A stretch of DNA of 38,192 nucleotides from Craspedostauros australis (lineage: Eukaryota). The translations under genes and the position numbers were made by a program. The notes beneath the pieces were generated by a model, which saw nothing but the letters and a program-made list of their open reading frames with translations, did no database searches and was not told where the DNA came from. The stretch covers positions 1 through 38,192 of the forward strand of contig JALAGF010006376.1 in NCBI GenBank assembly GCA_030167865.1, read 5' to 3'. Position 1 is the first letter of the stretch, and each line of letters opens with the position of its first letter. Positions 23,006 through 33,422 of this stretch are shown here, one piece after another.

Positions 23006-24040
23006 TCATCGAATCAAATTCGACGTTCGTCCTTGCGGCAAGAACCTCAAGAACGTTTCCATCAGCTCCTCGTCGCCATGCCGAGCTGCGATCTCGAGCA
23101 AAGATGAATCCGATCCATCCCTCTCGTCGCCCCAAGCTCGTCCGGATGCCAACCAACGTTCAACAACGTCAAGGTGCTGCCCTTCGCAGGCATCATGAAA
23201 AGGCGTATCGTCCACCGTGTTGCGCGAGACAGTCTCCAAGTTGTCCAACGACAGGAGGAAGGCAACAATTCTCTCGTGCCCCCGCGAACATGCGGTGTGC
23301 AACGAGCTGTTCTCAAATCGAAGATCGGCCAGATTTGGATTAGCTCCGCATTGCTCCACCAGATACTTGACGAGATGAAAGTTGTCCGACAAGCATGCAA
23401 ACAGAAGTGCTGTGTGGGACGTGGAGTCTCGGACGTCGACATTGATGTCGAATCTATCGACAAGGTACCTCGCGATGTTGAGATGACCTTTGCAGCAGGC
23501 CCAATGTAAAGGGTTGGGCTGGTTTGGCCCGAAAATGCTGACGTCGATTCGGCCGGAATCGCACAAGCAGTGCACGACGCTCATGTGACCGTATCGGCAA
23601 GCAAGGTTCAATGGCCGGAGATTGACTTGATTTCGCACGTTGACATCTGCGCCGCACGACGTGACGAGGTACTTTACAACCTCCAGGTGGCCCTGGGCGC
23701 AGGCTCCATGCAGCGGCACAGTGCCATATTTGGTCGTGCTGTTCACGTTGGCACCGCAGGTTGAGACGAGGTACTCGACGATGCTCAGGTGGCCTCCGAT
23801 GCACGCGTTGTGTATTAGCGTGGACTTGCCCCTGATTGTGCCAGAGATGTACTGAGTGCTTGCGAAGGCAGCTTTGAAGTCATTAGCGGACACCTTTGCT
23901 CGCTCCTGGTCGACGAAGGTTTGCACGGTCTTCAGATCTCCTTCGAGTGCCGCTTGCAATGCATGATCACAACAAATGGAGGCTGGGACCATAGGAGGAT
24001 GGCCACCACGGTTATCTTCGATTGTGGCGCGCTCGGCCAT
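23006..24040 (-). CDS. Ankyrin-repeat protein (344 aa, about 8-9 repeats)
   Basis: Canonical repeats: GTVPLHGACAQGHLEVVKYLV..CGADVN, RPLNLACRYGH, NPLHWACCKGHLNIARYLV, TALLFAC, SSLHTACSRGH, DTPFHDACEGQHL. Confidence 0.93.
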   Translation of the reverse strand: MAERATIEDNRGGHPPMVPASICCDHALQAALEGDLKTVQTFVDQERAKVSANDFKAAFASTQYISGTIRGKSTLIHNACIGGHLSIVEYLVSTCGANVNSTTKYGTVPLHGACAQGHLEVVKYLVTSCGADVNVRNQVNLRPLNLACRYGHMSVVHCLCDSGRIDVSIFGPNQPNPLHWACCKGHLNIARYLVDRFDINVDVRDSTSHTALLFACLSDNFHLVKYLVEQCGANPNLADLRFENSSLHTACSRGHERIVAFLLSLDNLETVSRNTVDDTPFHDACEGQHLDVVERWLASGRAWGDERDGSDSSLLEIAARHGDEELMETFLRFLPQGRTSNLIR

Positions 24041-26022
24041 GGTGAACCATTCTTTGAGACCCTCAACTCGTCACTCTGCTTGTTTCAGTGAGCGGACGCG
24101 CAGAGTTGCGGATGGTTGGAAGTGCTCGCAAGTGTGGATCGTTTCAATGTGTTGCCATTTGTTGCGATGTGTTGCGACCTGTTGATCCGGCCATGGCATT
24201 CTGCGGAGATGCATTTGGCAATCCTGTCACTGGCCGCCATTGTCGACCTCTCTCGCCGCACATACTTTCCTGGTGCTGATGGTGTTGTTCTTGGTGGATG
24301 TTCCGCGTTGATTGATTTCCCAGTCGTGCATCTCGGCGGTGTTGGGTGGATCTTTTGGCGCTTGCCAAACCAATTGCTCGTTCGAATGCACGTGGTGGAA
24401 AAGTCGTTTCTGAAGCTGGTCAATTGCCGGATGTGAATCTTGGAAAACAGCCACGATCGAAGGAAGGATTAAACGAGTCTTGCGGGAATTACGATCGTAA
24501 CATGTGTGTCATGGGGCGAACGGGTGATCACGCTTGCAAACAAGACACGCAGGCCGAGGCAACCAAACAGGATTTGATTTTGAATTCATAGTTCTCTTGG
24601 TTGATTCCTTTCTGGTTCAAATCTGTTCTCCGACGCGCGGGGACGAAGGTATTGGCGTGGTCTTGGCAGTACGAAATACGAGTGCGCGGGTTCGAGTGTA
24701 CTATACTGCACTGCAGAGTCGTGGAATCTGCAATAGCCGCACAAGCCGCTTTGGATTTGAAAGTTGCGGACGCACAAGTTGGCGGTTTCTGGATATCCCA
24801 GAATGCGACAGCATGCATGGTGCCACAGACACGACCAAGTGAAGGGAGACACAGAGGCAATGGAGGAAGCCACAAGAGAACACTCGACGCACTCTACTCT
24901 GCTCGAGAATAGAATCGAGCAGACCATTGGATTGTACCATGCTCCGCTCGGATGTATCAGATGTGTTCCTGTTCCAATTTCGATCCCGACTCTCCTCTTT
25001 TTCTCTGTTTCTCGGCGATCGGGCGCCGAGAGACCACATTGGTCGTGTTCTATTCGGAGAAGTTGCTCGGCTCTGTCATCCGCCCAGCGTCGCTTTGGCA
25101 TTCCTCTCTTGATGGATTGGAAGGTGTGACTTGGCGCTCTCGCAGTCTTGCGGGTGTTGCCATCCCAAATGGAATTGTCTGTTGATTCGTCTTAGCTTGT
25201 GGCATCTTGGATAGTGACACACCAACACCCACATCCAACGTTAACTTCGGATCGCAACGTCGGCACATGGTTGATGGCTTTCGCTTGGATTGTCGGTGTG
25301 AAATTTTGTATCACACTTTGCTCATTTGAGAGTTGGGCGTGAAAGCACGGTCTGTTGGTTCGTGGTCACACGCAACCAGAAAGATCGTTCCGCATCACGA
25401 TTGAAACGAACGGAAACCAATCACAAGATTTGGCGAAAAATTGGGATCAGGAAATAGTACTACATCCCACAAGAGAACAAAACAGCAAAGCCACCCATGG
25501 GTGAGAAAGTGACAGGAGCATCAGCATCCCCGTTGAGGAGGCTCGATGCGGTGACAACGGAGATCATTGCTCGCGGGCAGCACAAGAAGCACGTGATGGG
25601 TCATCCTCGGCCAAGACGGCGCAACGCCCGGAGCATCACACACCGCGATTGTCGTTCTGCGTTTCATTCGGAACGGCGCACATCGCAGCATTTGGCCACG
25701 GTCATTGATTGATTGATCCATCGGCTGCCTGATCGCCTGGATTGTGGCGTGTCATCCACTCAGCGGGGCTCATTCGCTTTCATTGCAACAGTCCCACACC
25801 ACGCACTTGCGGAGACAACCAATCTACCCCTCAGCATCGCACCAACACTTACTCTGCTCATCTTCACTCCAATTTGCTCCACCGACCTGCAGGCACCGTG
25901 AGAAAGCACGAACTCAGCAATCGTCGCTGCAGAAAAGAGAGCCATCTCAATTACAAGGCACTCTGACAGTCGAGTAGTCTCCGTGCCTATGCACCAACAA
26001 CATGAGATCATCCGTGATAAGC

Positions 26023-26760
26023 ATGTATCCAACGTTGGCTTTCGCGACGATCGGCATTGTGGCAACTGCTTGGAGCGGTTCTGCCGAACTGGTACAATCC
26101 CATCCCATCGTGACAGAGGCAGCAGATGCACAATCAATATCCGCACTGCCACCATCAACACGTGCTCTGCATGAACAGGGCTATCAGCATCAGCAGGATA
26201 ATCACCAGCATCAGCAACAGCAGCACACTCAGCGACATACTCAACGCACAGCTGACCATGGAAATGACAGCCAACTTCACCGCCGCACCGACCGATTGAA
26301 GCAAAGGGCAGCACGCAAGGGTGGCAAAGAACATGATAGCGCAAGTGCGCTCCATTCGCCGCAACGATCACTGCGGGCCAATGCAGGCATCGTCACCAAC
26401 GCCAACCGATACTCCACAATCACGGCAGTCGATGAAGCATCGCAAATAAATCCAGCCTTGTCGAAAGGCCCATCTGGAATAGTCGCCGTCCCTGAGCCAC
26501 CAACGCATGCGCCAACGAGGGTGGACGACAACCGTGCCAATTCGAGAGCTGGTGCCTTCGGAAATTTCCCCAAGTCACCAAAACAGCATGCTGACGGTGA
26601 CACCGGCCATCAGCTAAAACCGACCAAGTCACCAAAGAAAATGAAAGGCGTCAACCAAGAAAATCACAAGAAAGCAAAGTACAAGAAAGCAATTAATAAG
26701 AAAGCGACCGTTCCGTACCAGCTAGCAAAGCAGGCAAAGAAGGACGTGGTCACACCCTGA
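26023..26760 (+). CDS. Secreted low-complexity protein: Gln/His-rich N-part, Lys-rich C-part (245 aa)
   Basis: Signal-peptide-like MYPTLAFATIGIVATAWSGSA, RAL and RSLR motifs, the tract HQQDNHQHQQQQH, and a tail with KSPK, KPTKSPKKMK and KKAKYKK. No Cys and no recognisable domain. Confidence 0.7.
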   Translation: MYPTLAFATIGIVATAWSGSAELVQSHPIVTEAADAQSISALPPSTRALHEQGYQHQQDNHQHQQQQHTQRHTQRTADHGNDSQLHRRTDRLKQRAARKGGKEHDSASALHSPQRSLRANAGIVTNANRYSTITAVDEASQINPALSKGPSGIVAVPEPPTHAPTRVDDNRANSRAGAFGNFPKSPKQHADGDTGHQLKPTKSPKKMKGVNQENHKKAKYKKAINKKATVPYQLAKQAKKDVVTP

Positions 26761-29001
26761 GGCGTGGTGAAATTACGAATCTGAGTCGAGACATCAGCAA
26801 TGGCAGCGTTCTGAGGAGTAGTGACGGTGCTGCTGAGACTAACCGTTGGACCAATGCGGTTGCACCATTGTCTACATTGCGAACAAGCTTGACGGAGAGC
26901 CATTCACGAAGAGACTCTTTGCTCTCAAGTTCCGTTCGAGCACATTCAGAGCAATTCACAGCACAACTCAAACGGCGACGAACGTTGGACGGATGAAGAA
27001 CTGAATGCAACTGTTCGCACGACCAAGGCTTGGGCAGACCTGGCTACGCCGAACGGATACTACTCTGAAGAGTATACCGGGCACAGTGGCCGATGCCGAT
27101 GCCGTTCGCTGAAGAGTCCTTGATCGATCGGTTGAATGCAGTAACTCCATCATGCGTTGAGATGCTCCACTCCGTGTTTTTGTTCAGCGCATGGGATCTT
27201 TCATAACATTGTCATTAGTGGTCCGGAATCACAGAGACCAAACGCGCATCTGCACAAGTACGACTATTCATCGAACCTATCCTCGCATGAGCAGGCCTCG
27301 TGTGTTCCGTAGACATACAAATAATACTCGTAGTCATAGGTTTCGACCGTCACTTTCGCTCATGAATCTGTCTTTGTAGGTTCGTCTCCCCGCTCGCCTG
27401 CTTCTCGCTGTCGCCGTCACCGTCGCAAGCGCACGGCTCTGCTCTGCCCTCTTTGTGGTTCTCTTTTCTTGTTTGAACGGCAAAGTATGATCGACCCTGA
27501 CCAAGACGGAGATACACATCAACAGCAGGGGAATCCTGTCAACATTCGAGATGCTGAAGGCGAGACGAAGAGAAAGAGGCAGAGAAAAATGAAAGAACAG
27601 GAACTGAAGCGAAAGTGGCTTTCTTCCTCCGATCCGTGTTCGCGTCATGGGATGTCCGGACCTTGGCTTGTGTCTTTCCCATTCGTGTCACACGCTTTCA
27701 GTATGGATCTATTGGAGAAAGTTCCCAAGAAAGTATCCACGACAACCTGATGTCTTGCGTAATCGTCAACGATTCAATCTTGTGAGACATCAAAATGTGA
27801 GGAAAGCCACATCGCAAATCCCGTGGTTTTACACCGGCGTGCTCTTGTCGGTTTGGAAAAACGTTATATTGTCTTTGTAACTATGATGTGCGACATGTCG
27901 TAGTCACAAGTTGGTGTGTTGTTGGATGAACACTAAAATACGCGGGCAAGTTGATTATGAAGTTCAAGGTTTTGGCGCCACATTTTGAGCGGTCACATGG
28001 ATTTGAAGTCATAAAATCGCGCCAACCCCACAATTCAAATTGGATACAAGAGTGATCACGAGACAACTTACATCATGAGATTTTGCGTAAACCGGACCAA
28101 GCAAACGATTTGCGCAAGTCTGAGAGAGGGTGATAGAGAAGCCAGCATGAACGGGAACGGGAACAACGACACCAAAGGAGAAGAGTGCTGATGTGAGAAA
28201 ACAAGACGGAAACAATGCGAATACAAAGCGCGCGGAGAACAACGCCAAACAACATCGGCAATTGGAGCAGGATGTCACAGATCATGTGTGTGTGTGTGTT
28301 GCTGTTTCATCCACACCGCATTTGTGCGGTGGGTTGGGCATCATCATCATCACATCTCAGCAATCATCCCTTCTTACACATAAAACCAACTTCGAGACCA
28401 ATCTCATCCCACACACAGGCACACACAACCAACCAACCAACCAACGCACACATTAAACCGCCGACCGTAAGTGAAGCTCTACATCAGTCTCAACTTCTGC
28501 ACCGCCATGAACATGACACCCGCGTCCACCATGGCGTCCAACCAACGAGGCTTCGTCTTGCTCTGCTGCCGATGCTGCCGCTGCATGTGAGCCATTTCGC
28601 ACAGTTGTGCACATCCCGCGCAAACCAAGGACGGCATTTCCACGATTCCAGCACGCGTTCATGCAGAGACCTTTTGCCACGACCTCACCAAAACGGGGCA
28701 CCGCGGCATACGGAAGCAGTGGAAAAGACTGCTGTTCGTTGTTGCATCGCCCCAAGAGTGCAGGAATAGCCAACAACTAAACGGGATTTGCTGCCTGTGA
28801 ACCGCATCACCGCCACCGACCAGATCTCTCACCTCTTCACCTTGCATCCCTGCTCTTCCATTTGATCAAATCCCACAATTGCCGTCACAACCAATTCATC
28901 CCACACTTCCTGAACTCATCAACGCCAGCAGACATCAAGCAATCGCATCCAATCTCCAATCAATCCAACAAACTCCACGCACTCCAAACACATAATTCAT
29001 C

Positions 29002-29826
29002 ATGTTCTTCGCCAAGAAAACCATCCAGCTCTTCCTCACAGTCGCTGTGCTCGCCACAGACACCAATGCCAATTACTATAGATTCGACCGCACCCTCGCA
29101 TCCCCAAAGACAGAGAGCCCAGTTCCATTGACGGGAGCCAGCGCAAGCAGCAAGGGATCGAAGGCCCCAGCCGATGAAAAGAGTTCCAAGGGATCCAAGT
29201 CTCCATCCTATATGGGCAAGGGCAAGGGCAAGGGATCCAAGTCCCCATCCGATATGGGCAAGGGAACCAAGTCCCCATCTGATATGGGCAAGGGAACCAA
29301 GTCCCCATCTGATATGGGCAAGGGCAAGGGAACCAAGTCTCCATCCGATATGGGCAAGGGCAAGGGAACCAAGTCCCCATCCGATATGGGCAAGGGCAAG
29401 GGAACCAAGTCCCCATCCGATATGGGCAAGGGCAAGGGAACCAAGTCCCCATCCGATATGGGCAAGGGCAAGGGAACCAAGTCTCCATCCGATATGGGCA
29501 AGGGCAAGGGGACCAAGTCCCCATCCGATATGGGCAAGGGCAAGGGAACCAAGTCCCCATCCGATATGGGCAAGGGCAAGGGCAAGGGAACCAAATCTCC
29601 ATCCGATATGGGAGGCAGCCACAAGATGGCGTCAGACGATATGGTGCCGGATACAGGAATGTCTGGCGACATGATCACCAAGTCTTCCAAAACCATCAAG
29701 ATGACAAAGAAGCCACAGGACAAGACAGAGAAGGCCGTAAAGAAGGAAGCCAAGAGACTTCGACGCAGCGAGATGACCGACTACGAGCCACACGTCCCAG
29801 ACACCAAGAACAGCAGAAGGCAGTAA
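29002..29826 (+). CDS. Secreted silaffin-like Lys/Ser/Gly-rich tandem-repeat protein (274 aa)
   Basis: Signal peptide MFFAKKTIQLFLTVAVLATDTNA, an RTL (RXL) motif, KxxK tetrapeptides (KGSK, KSSK, KGTK), 12 KSPS(D/Y)M units and a C-terminal KRLRR. Most differences between repeat units are synonymous in this frame. A CA-rich 5' UTR-like leader precedes it. Confidence 0.88.
   Translation: MFFAKKTIQLFLTVAVLATDTNANYYRFDRTLASPKTESPVPLTGASASSKGSKAPADEKSSKGSKSPSYMGKGKGKGSKSPSDMGKGTKSPSDMGKGTKSPSDMGKGKGTKSPSDMGKGKGTKSPSDMGKGKGTKSPSDMGKGKGTKSPSDMGKGKGTKSPSDMGKGKGTKSPSDMGKGKGTKSPSDMGKGKGKGTKSPSDMGGSHKMASDDMVPDTGMSGDMITKSSKTIKMTKKPQDKTEKAVKKEAKRLRRSEMTDYEPHVPDTKNSRRQ
29197..29610 (+). repeat. Coding minisatellite, 12 units (seven of 36 bp, others 30 or 42 bp)
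   Basis: Unit GGCAAG(x1-3)-GGAACC-AAGTCY-CCATCY-GATATG. Unit length varies by whole GGCAAG hexamers, so the frame is preserved. Confidence 0.97.
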
Positions 29827-31181
29827 AGGCTCGTCATCGTGCCACATGGCAAAGCGACTGCATCCGGTTGGCAGATGGATGATCCACGATGATACATAGT
29901 ATCTCACAAAATGGATCACCACCCATCTGATCAGCTTGCGACCTCCACGCAATATCTTCTCATCGGCAAAGCCTAACTCATCCCAAATGGACCAACGACC
30001 AACGAGCAACAAGAACTCAGGCAAACAGCAATAGTCTTCTGAGCGCACGCACAAAAACGTGTAAGCAAATGTGAACAGAAGACAACCTTTACTCCGGCGC
30101 GGTGCGTGAGCACGGACAATCTCCAAAGATGGACCCCATTCCATCAACCACGTCACCGCCAAAGCCAAAATTGCACAAGGATTGCTGTGAATCCTTTGGT
30201 CTCTTTCTCACCTCTCGGCACACCATCGCACCCATGCAAGCTGCCGGGAGAGCAAGTTCTCGTTGATCATTTTCATAACACAACACCAACCGAAGGAGCG
30301 TCGCTCGCGCGATCCTCTCCTTCTTTTCGTCGCATCCTGTCGCCCCCCGAAAGCCCCCTGATGCGTCGGCGCACGTCCGACCAATCTATGGCTTTCTGTT
30401 GAACAGGAAGGACACAAATGTGAATATGCGCGTTAATGTACGTATGTAATTCTAAAGAAATGAAACCCAGCGTAATCAAGTCATCCGGTGAACTACGCTT
30501 GTATGGCATACGGATACTCGTGCGTGCGCGCACGTCGATACTTTGCCATCGGTGCCACCACGATGACATTCAAACTCCACACACTCATCCTCGTACAAGC
30601 ATTTCGCATCAATGGCGATCACGATCCTCGAGATGCTTTGGGACCACCAGTGCGATGGTCGCCCAGCTCTCTTGCATGTCGTTGGATTGAACAATCCAAT
30701 CATCGGTTTGGGATCATGGCCTGGCATATAGCTACCAGTACATCATCGTTGGATGGAACCGTTATTTCGTGTTGCGAGGGGAGTGCTTCGTATGTATGAG
30801 TACGTTGGTACTTACATGCTCGTTCGTGTGCAACAGCATCTCACGAAACTCACACGAAGACAACATCACAACTTGCACAGTACTATACGGGCGCCCGCAC
30901 GAGCACGGTACACGCTTGTGCATGGTGCTGTTCTGCAAGACTCCGCCAGAACGGGTCGGCATCGTATCGGCACGTCGTCGGCATGCGAGTGGATACTGCA
31001 GAGTTATACCGGATCTCTCCGGGTATCTGCACACGGTTGGATGGCGACTTGCGCGTCATTTCGACGAACTGCTCCTGCTACCAACACTCTCACGTACGAG
31101 TGCTCGCACCTAACTACGAACAATGTCTCGATTCAATTCTCTTGTCGCGGGTCATGTCTCCCCAAACTTCTAATTCTGTGT

Positions 31182-33422
31182 TTAGTCGATGATGGGGTCC
31201 CACACCCAGAGATTGGCCAGCCACTTTTCTTCCCTCTCATTCGTCGGACTGGATCCATGCTGCGAGAGTTCATCCACGTTACCGTCGGGAAGCATGTTGT
31301 AGAACAGGACCGCGCGGCCTTGCTTTGGGCGCACCGAAATACCCTCCGCCTTATCCTTCGTCATGGCGCGTGGAAAGATCGTCTCCGCGCCTTCCCCTTC
31401 CACGGTGTTCAGGTACAGCAGCAGCGTTGCAAAACGAGTCGGCTGGTAGCGGTGAGCAACCGGAGGAACGACAAAATCATGATGGGGCTGGTACTCTTCC
31501 CCACCAGCGTTGTAATGCACCACCTGCAATGCCTCGGCGATCGAATGCTGACGTGGGTTCTCGTCATGGCGCTTCGCGAGCAGCGTTGGATCGAGTCTCA
31601 TCACGCTGGCTGCGCGTTCGTAAATGGCTTCCGTCGTCACTGACAGCTCGCGTGGTAGCCATGCATTCGTTGAGGAACGAGTGGAGGTGTCCTGCGTCTT
31701 GCGCTGGGCTATCGTGCCACCGCCACCGCCACCGAACAAGGTCGACGGGTGCAAGCCTTCCTGCTGGGCGGACTGGATGATCTGCTCGCATTCCTCACTG
31801 GATAGGAAGTCGTCGATCTGCAAAACGCGCGGCGCAACGGACAGGACCTCCATTCTGTACGATCGGCCTTCGTGGTCGACGATGTCTTGCGTCTGGCCGA
31901 TGTAGTCGGCATCATGCATGGGCAGGATGGATGGCCTTCTTGGGAAGTTAGCGAGCCACGTGCGTCGGGACACGACCATGTAATCATTCGCGTACACCTG
32001 ATTTAGCAACTGCAGATCGTAGAGCATTCGGAGACGTCGCTTGGCTGCGATCATGGCTGTGTCGGAATCGGAACCATCCACGCCATCGCTGATGTCACCA
32101 TGGTCGTTGCCAGTGCCAAAATGTTGGTCATGGTCAAATTCTGGCTGGTAAAAAACCAGCGCGGTATCCTGCGTGAGCACCCAGCGCTCCAATGCATGGG
32201 TTGAATCGTACACGGGGCTGACGTAGAAGGAATGTCCAGGCTGGGTGGCCGTACCGATAGCCTCGAACGGAGCAATCTCACCCACGAGCTTGGCGCTGTC
32301 ATCATGGCCCCCGTGACCATCCCAGTGCAGCAAGACAGGATCGGGACCTAGGTTGACGAATTTTGCCGCAAAGCCAGTGAAGATGAGATGCGGTTGCACC
32401 AGCTTGCGGCGTCGCTGGCTAGCGCCCATGACGCCGCCCTGGCGAGGGTCGGGGATGGAGGCCATTTCGCCCTTGTCGCCGCTGGCCTCGTGCTCCTCCA
32501 TGTTGTACATACTCTCCAACGATGGCGTTTGGTAGTACATGGACGTGCCCCGGATCTTCTTCTTGTTGCTGCTGCTCGCGCTGAAACTCGAGTGTGCCCA
32601 TCCGCCAGAGTTCTGTTGCTGCTGCTGTTGCATCTGAAGAATGGCGTCCTGTTGCATTTGCAGGCACCGGATTCTGGTGTTGGTGTCATCCCCTTCACGT
32701 TCGTTCTGCATACTATCAATGTCTGCATCCCACGCATGATGATTGTCATACTGCCCCACCAGCTGGTAGAAGTCATCCTGGACTGCATCTGCCTGGTAGA
32801 GCATCTTGAGCGTGCCGAAGAGAGTTGGTGGGACGTAGAATTCCACGCGCTTCAAGTTTTCCGCAGAGTATGGCGTCACCGCATCATTGCAAAAGGACAC
32901 GTTGGCCATCCGATCGTACCCCTCCAAGTGTTGGTGCTTCATCAAGCCACGAGCAGCATAGCTGGCCACACCATCTTGGTGCATTCCATGCATTCCATGA
33001 GTTTTGTGAAAGTGGTTGGTGGGCGCGGACAAGCCAGACGACTCATCTTGTATGGTGGACGTTGCGCCCGTCGCAAACCGCAGAACGTTGGGGTTGCGGT
33101 AGCAATGATGCGCCGCGGCCGCCACGAACGCAATGATGATAGCCAGCAGGTGCTGCCGCCATGCTCCGACTATGATTTCGGTCAGAGATGGTTCTTCATC
33201 ATCTTCTTCATCGTGATCGTAATCGTCGTCGTCTGCGGCATCGTCATCATCGTAATCCATATCATCCGCCATGCCACCGTCGCCTTCGCTGTCCTGAGTC
33301 GAGTAGGAGTCGACGGGCTGTGGCAGCGGCTGATCTTCGCGTTCGCCCTCTACGTGCGCAGAGCCGGCACTCGCGCTGGAGATGTTGGGGTCAGAGGACA
33401 TGGGAGGATGCTGTGATGGCAT
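31182..33422 (-). CDS. Membrane-anchored prolyl 4-hydroxylase (2OG-Fe(II) dioxygenase)
   Basis: PRVLQIDDFLSSEEC, RSSTNAWL, EALQVVHY, YQPHHDF (HxD), RFATLLLYLN, GAETIFP, PKQGRAVLFYN, SQHGSSP (distal His) and EKWLANLWVWD (2OG-binding Lys) follow the plant/algal P4H pattern. An acidic N-terminus is followed by the TM LLAIIIAFVAAAA. First ATG of the likely coding part is 33422; the frame is open to 33743. Confidence 0.92.
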   Translation of the reverse strand: MPSQHPPMSSDPNISSASAGSAHVEGEREDQPLPQPVDSYSTQDSEGDGGMADDMDYDDDDAADDDDYDHDEEDDEEPSLTEIIVGAWRQHLLAIIIAFVAAAAHHCYRNPNVLRFATGATSTIQDESSGLSAPTNHFHKTHGMHGMHQDGVASYAARGLMKHQHLEGYDRMANVSFCNDAVTPYSAENLKRVEFYVPPTLFGTLKMLYQADAVQDDFYQLVGQYDNHHAWDADIDSMQNEREGDDTNTRIRCLQMQQDAILQMQQQQQQNSGGWAHSSFSASSSNKKKIRGTSMYYQTPSLESMYNMEEHEASGDKGEMASIPDPRQGGVMGASQRRRKLVQPHLIFTGFAAKFVNLGPDPVLLHWDGHGGHDDSAKLVGEIAPFEAIGTATQPGHSFYVSPVYDSTHALERWVLTQDTALVFYQPEFDHDQHFGTGNDHGDISDGVDGSDSDTAMIAAKRRLRMLYDLQLLNQVYANDYMVVSRRTWLANFPRRPSILPMHDADYIGQTQDIVDHEGRSYRMEVLSVAPRVLQIDDFLSSEECEQIIQSAQQEGLHPSTLFGGGGGGTIAQRKTQDTSTRSSTNAWLPRELSVTTEAIYERAASVMRLDPTLLAKRHDENPRQHSIAEALQVVHYNAGGEEYQPHHDFVVPPVAHRYQPTRFATLLLYLNTVEGEGAETIFPRAMTKDKAEGISVRPKQGRAVLFYNMLPDGNVDELSQHGSSPTNEREEKWLANLWVWDPIID

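Noticed and set aside
24085..25980. Short ORFs between the ankyrin gene and the secreted protein
   Set aside because: No domain, targeting signal or consistent splice chain; the region reads as a divergent intergenic/UTR stretch.
27469..28300. Charged short frames (MIDPDQDGD...KRKRQRK; KEKSADVRKQDG...)
   Set aside because: Short, explained by purine-rich low complexity, partly interrupted by stops, and I could not build a gene model.
29197..29610. CRISPR-like 36-bp periodicity
   Set aside because: The units are contiguous with no unique spacers, lie inside a coding frame, and there are no cas genes in this eukaryotic context.
28960..29753. Minus-strand repeat ORFs (CPCPYRMGTWFP; LALAHIGWGLGS; PLPISDGDLV) and the alternative plus frame
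   Set aside because: These are shadows of a stop-free minisatellite. Only the 29002 frame has a signal peptide, a UTR-like leader and mostly synonymous variation between units.
30753..31643. 296-aa plus-strand ORF
   Set aside because: Half of it is antisense to the P4H catalytic domain and the rest has no protein-like features.
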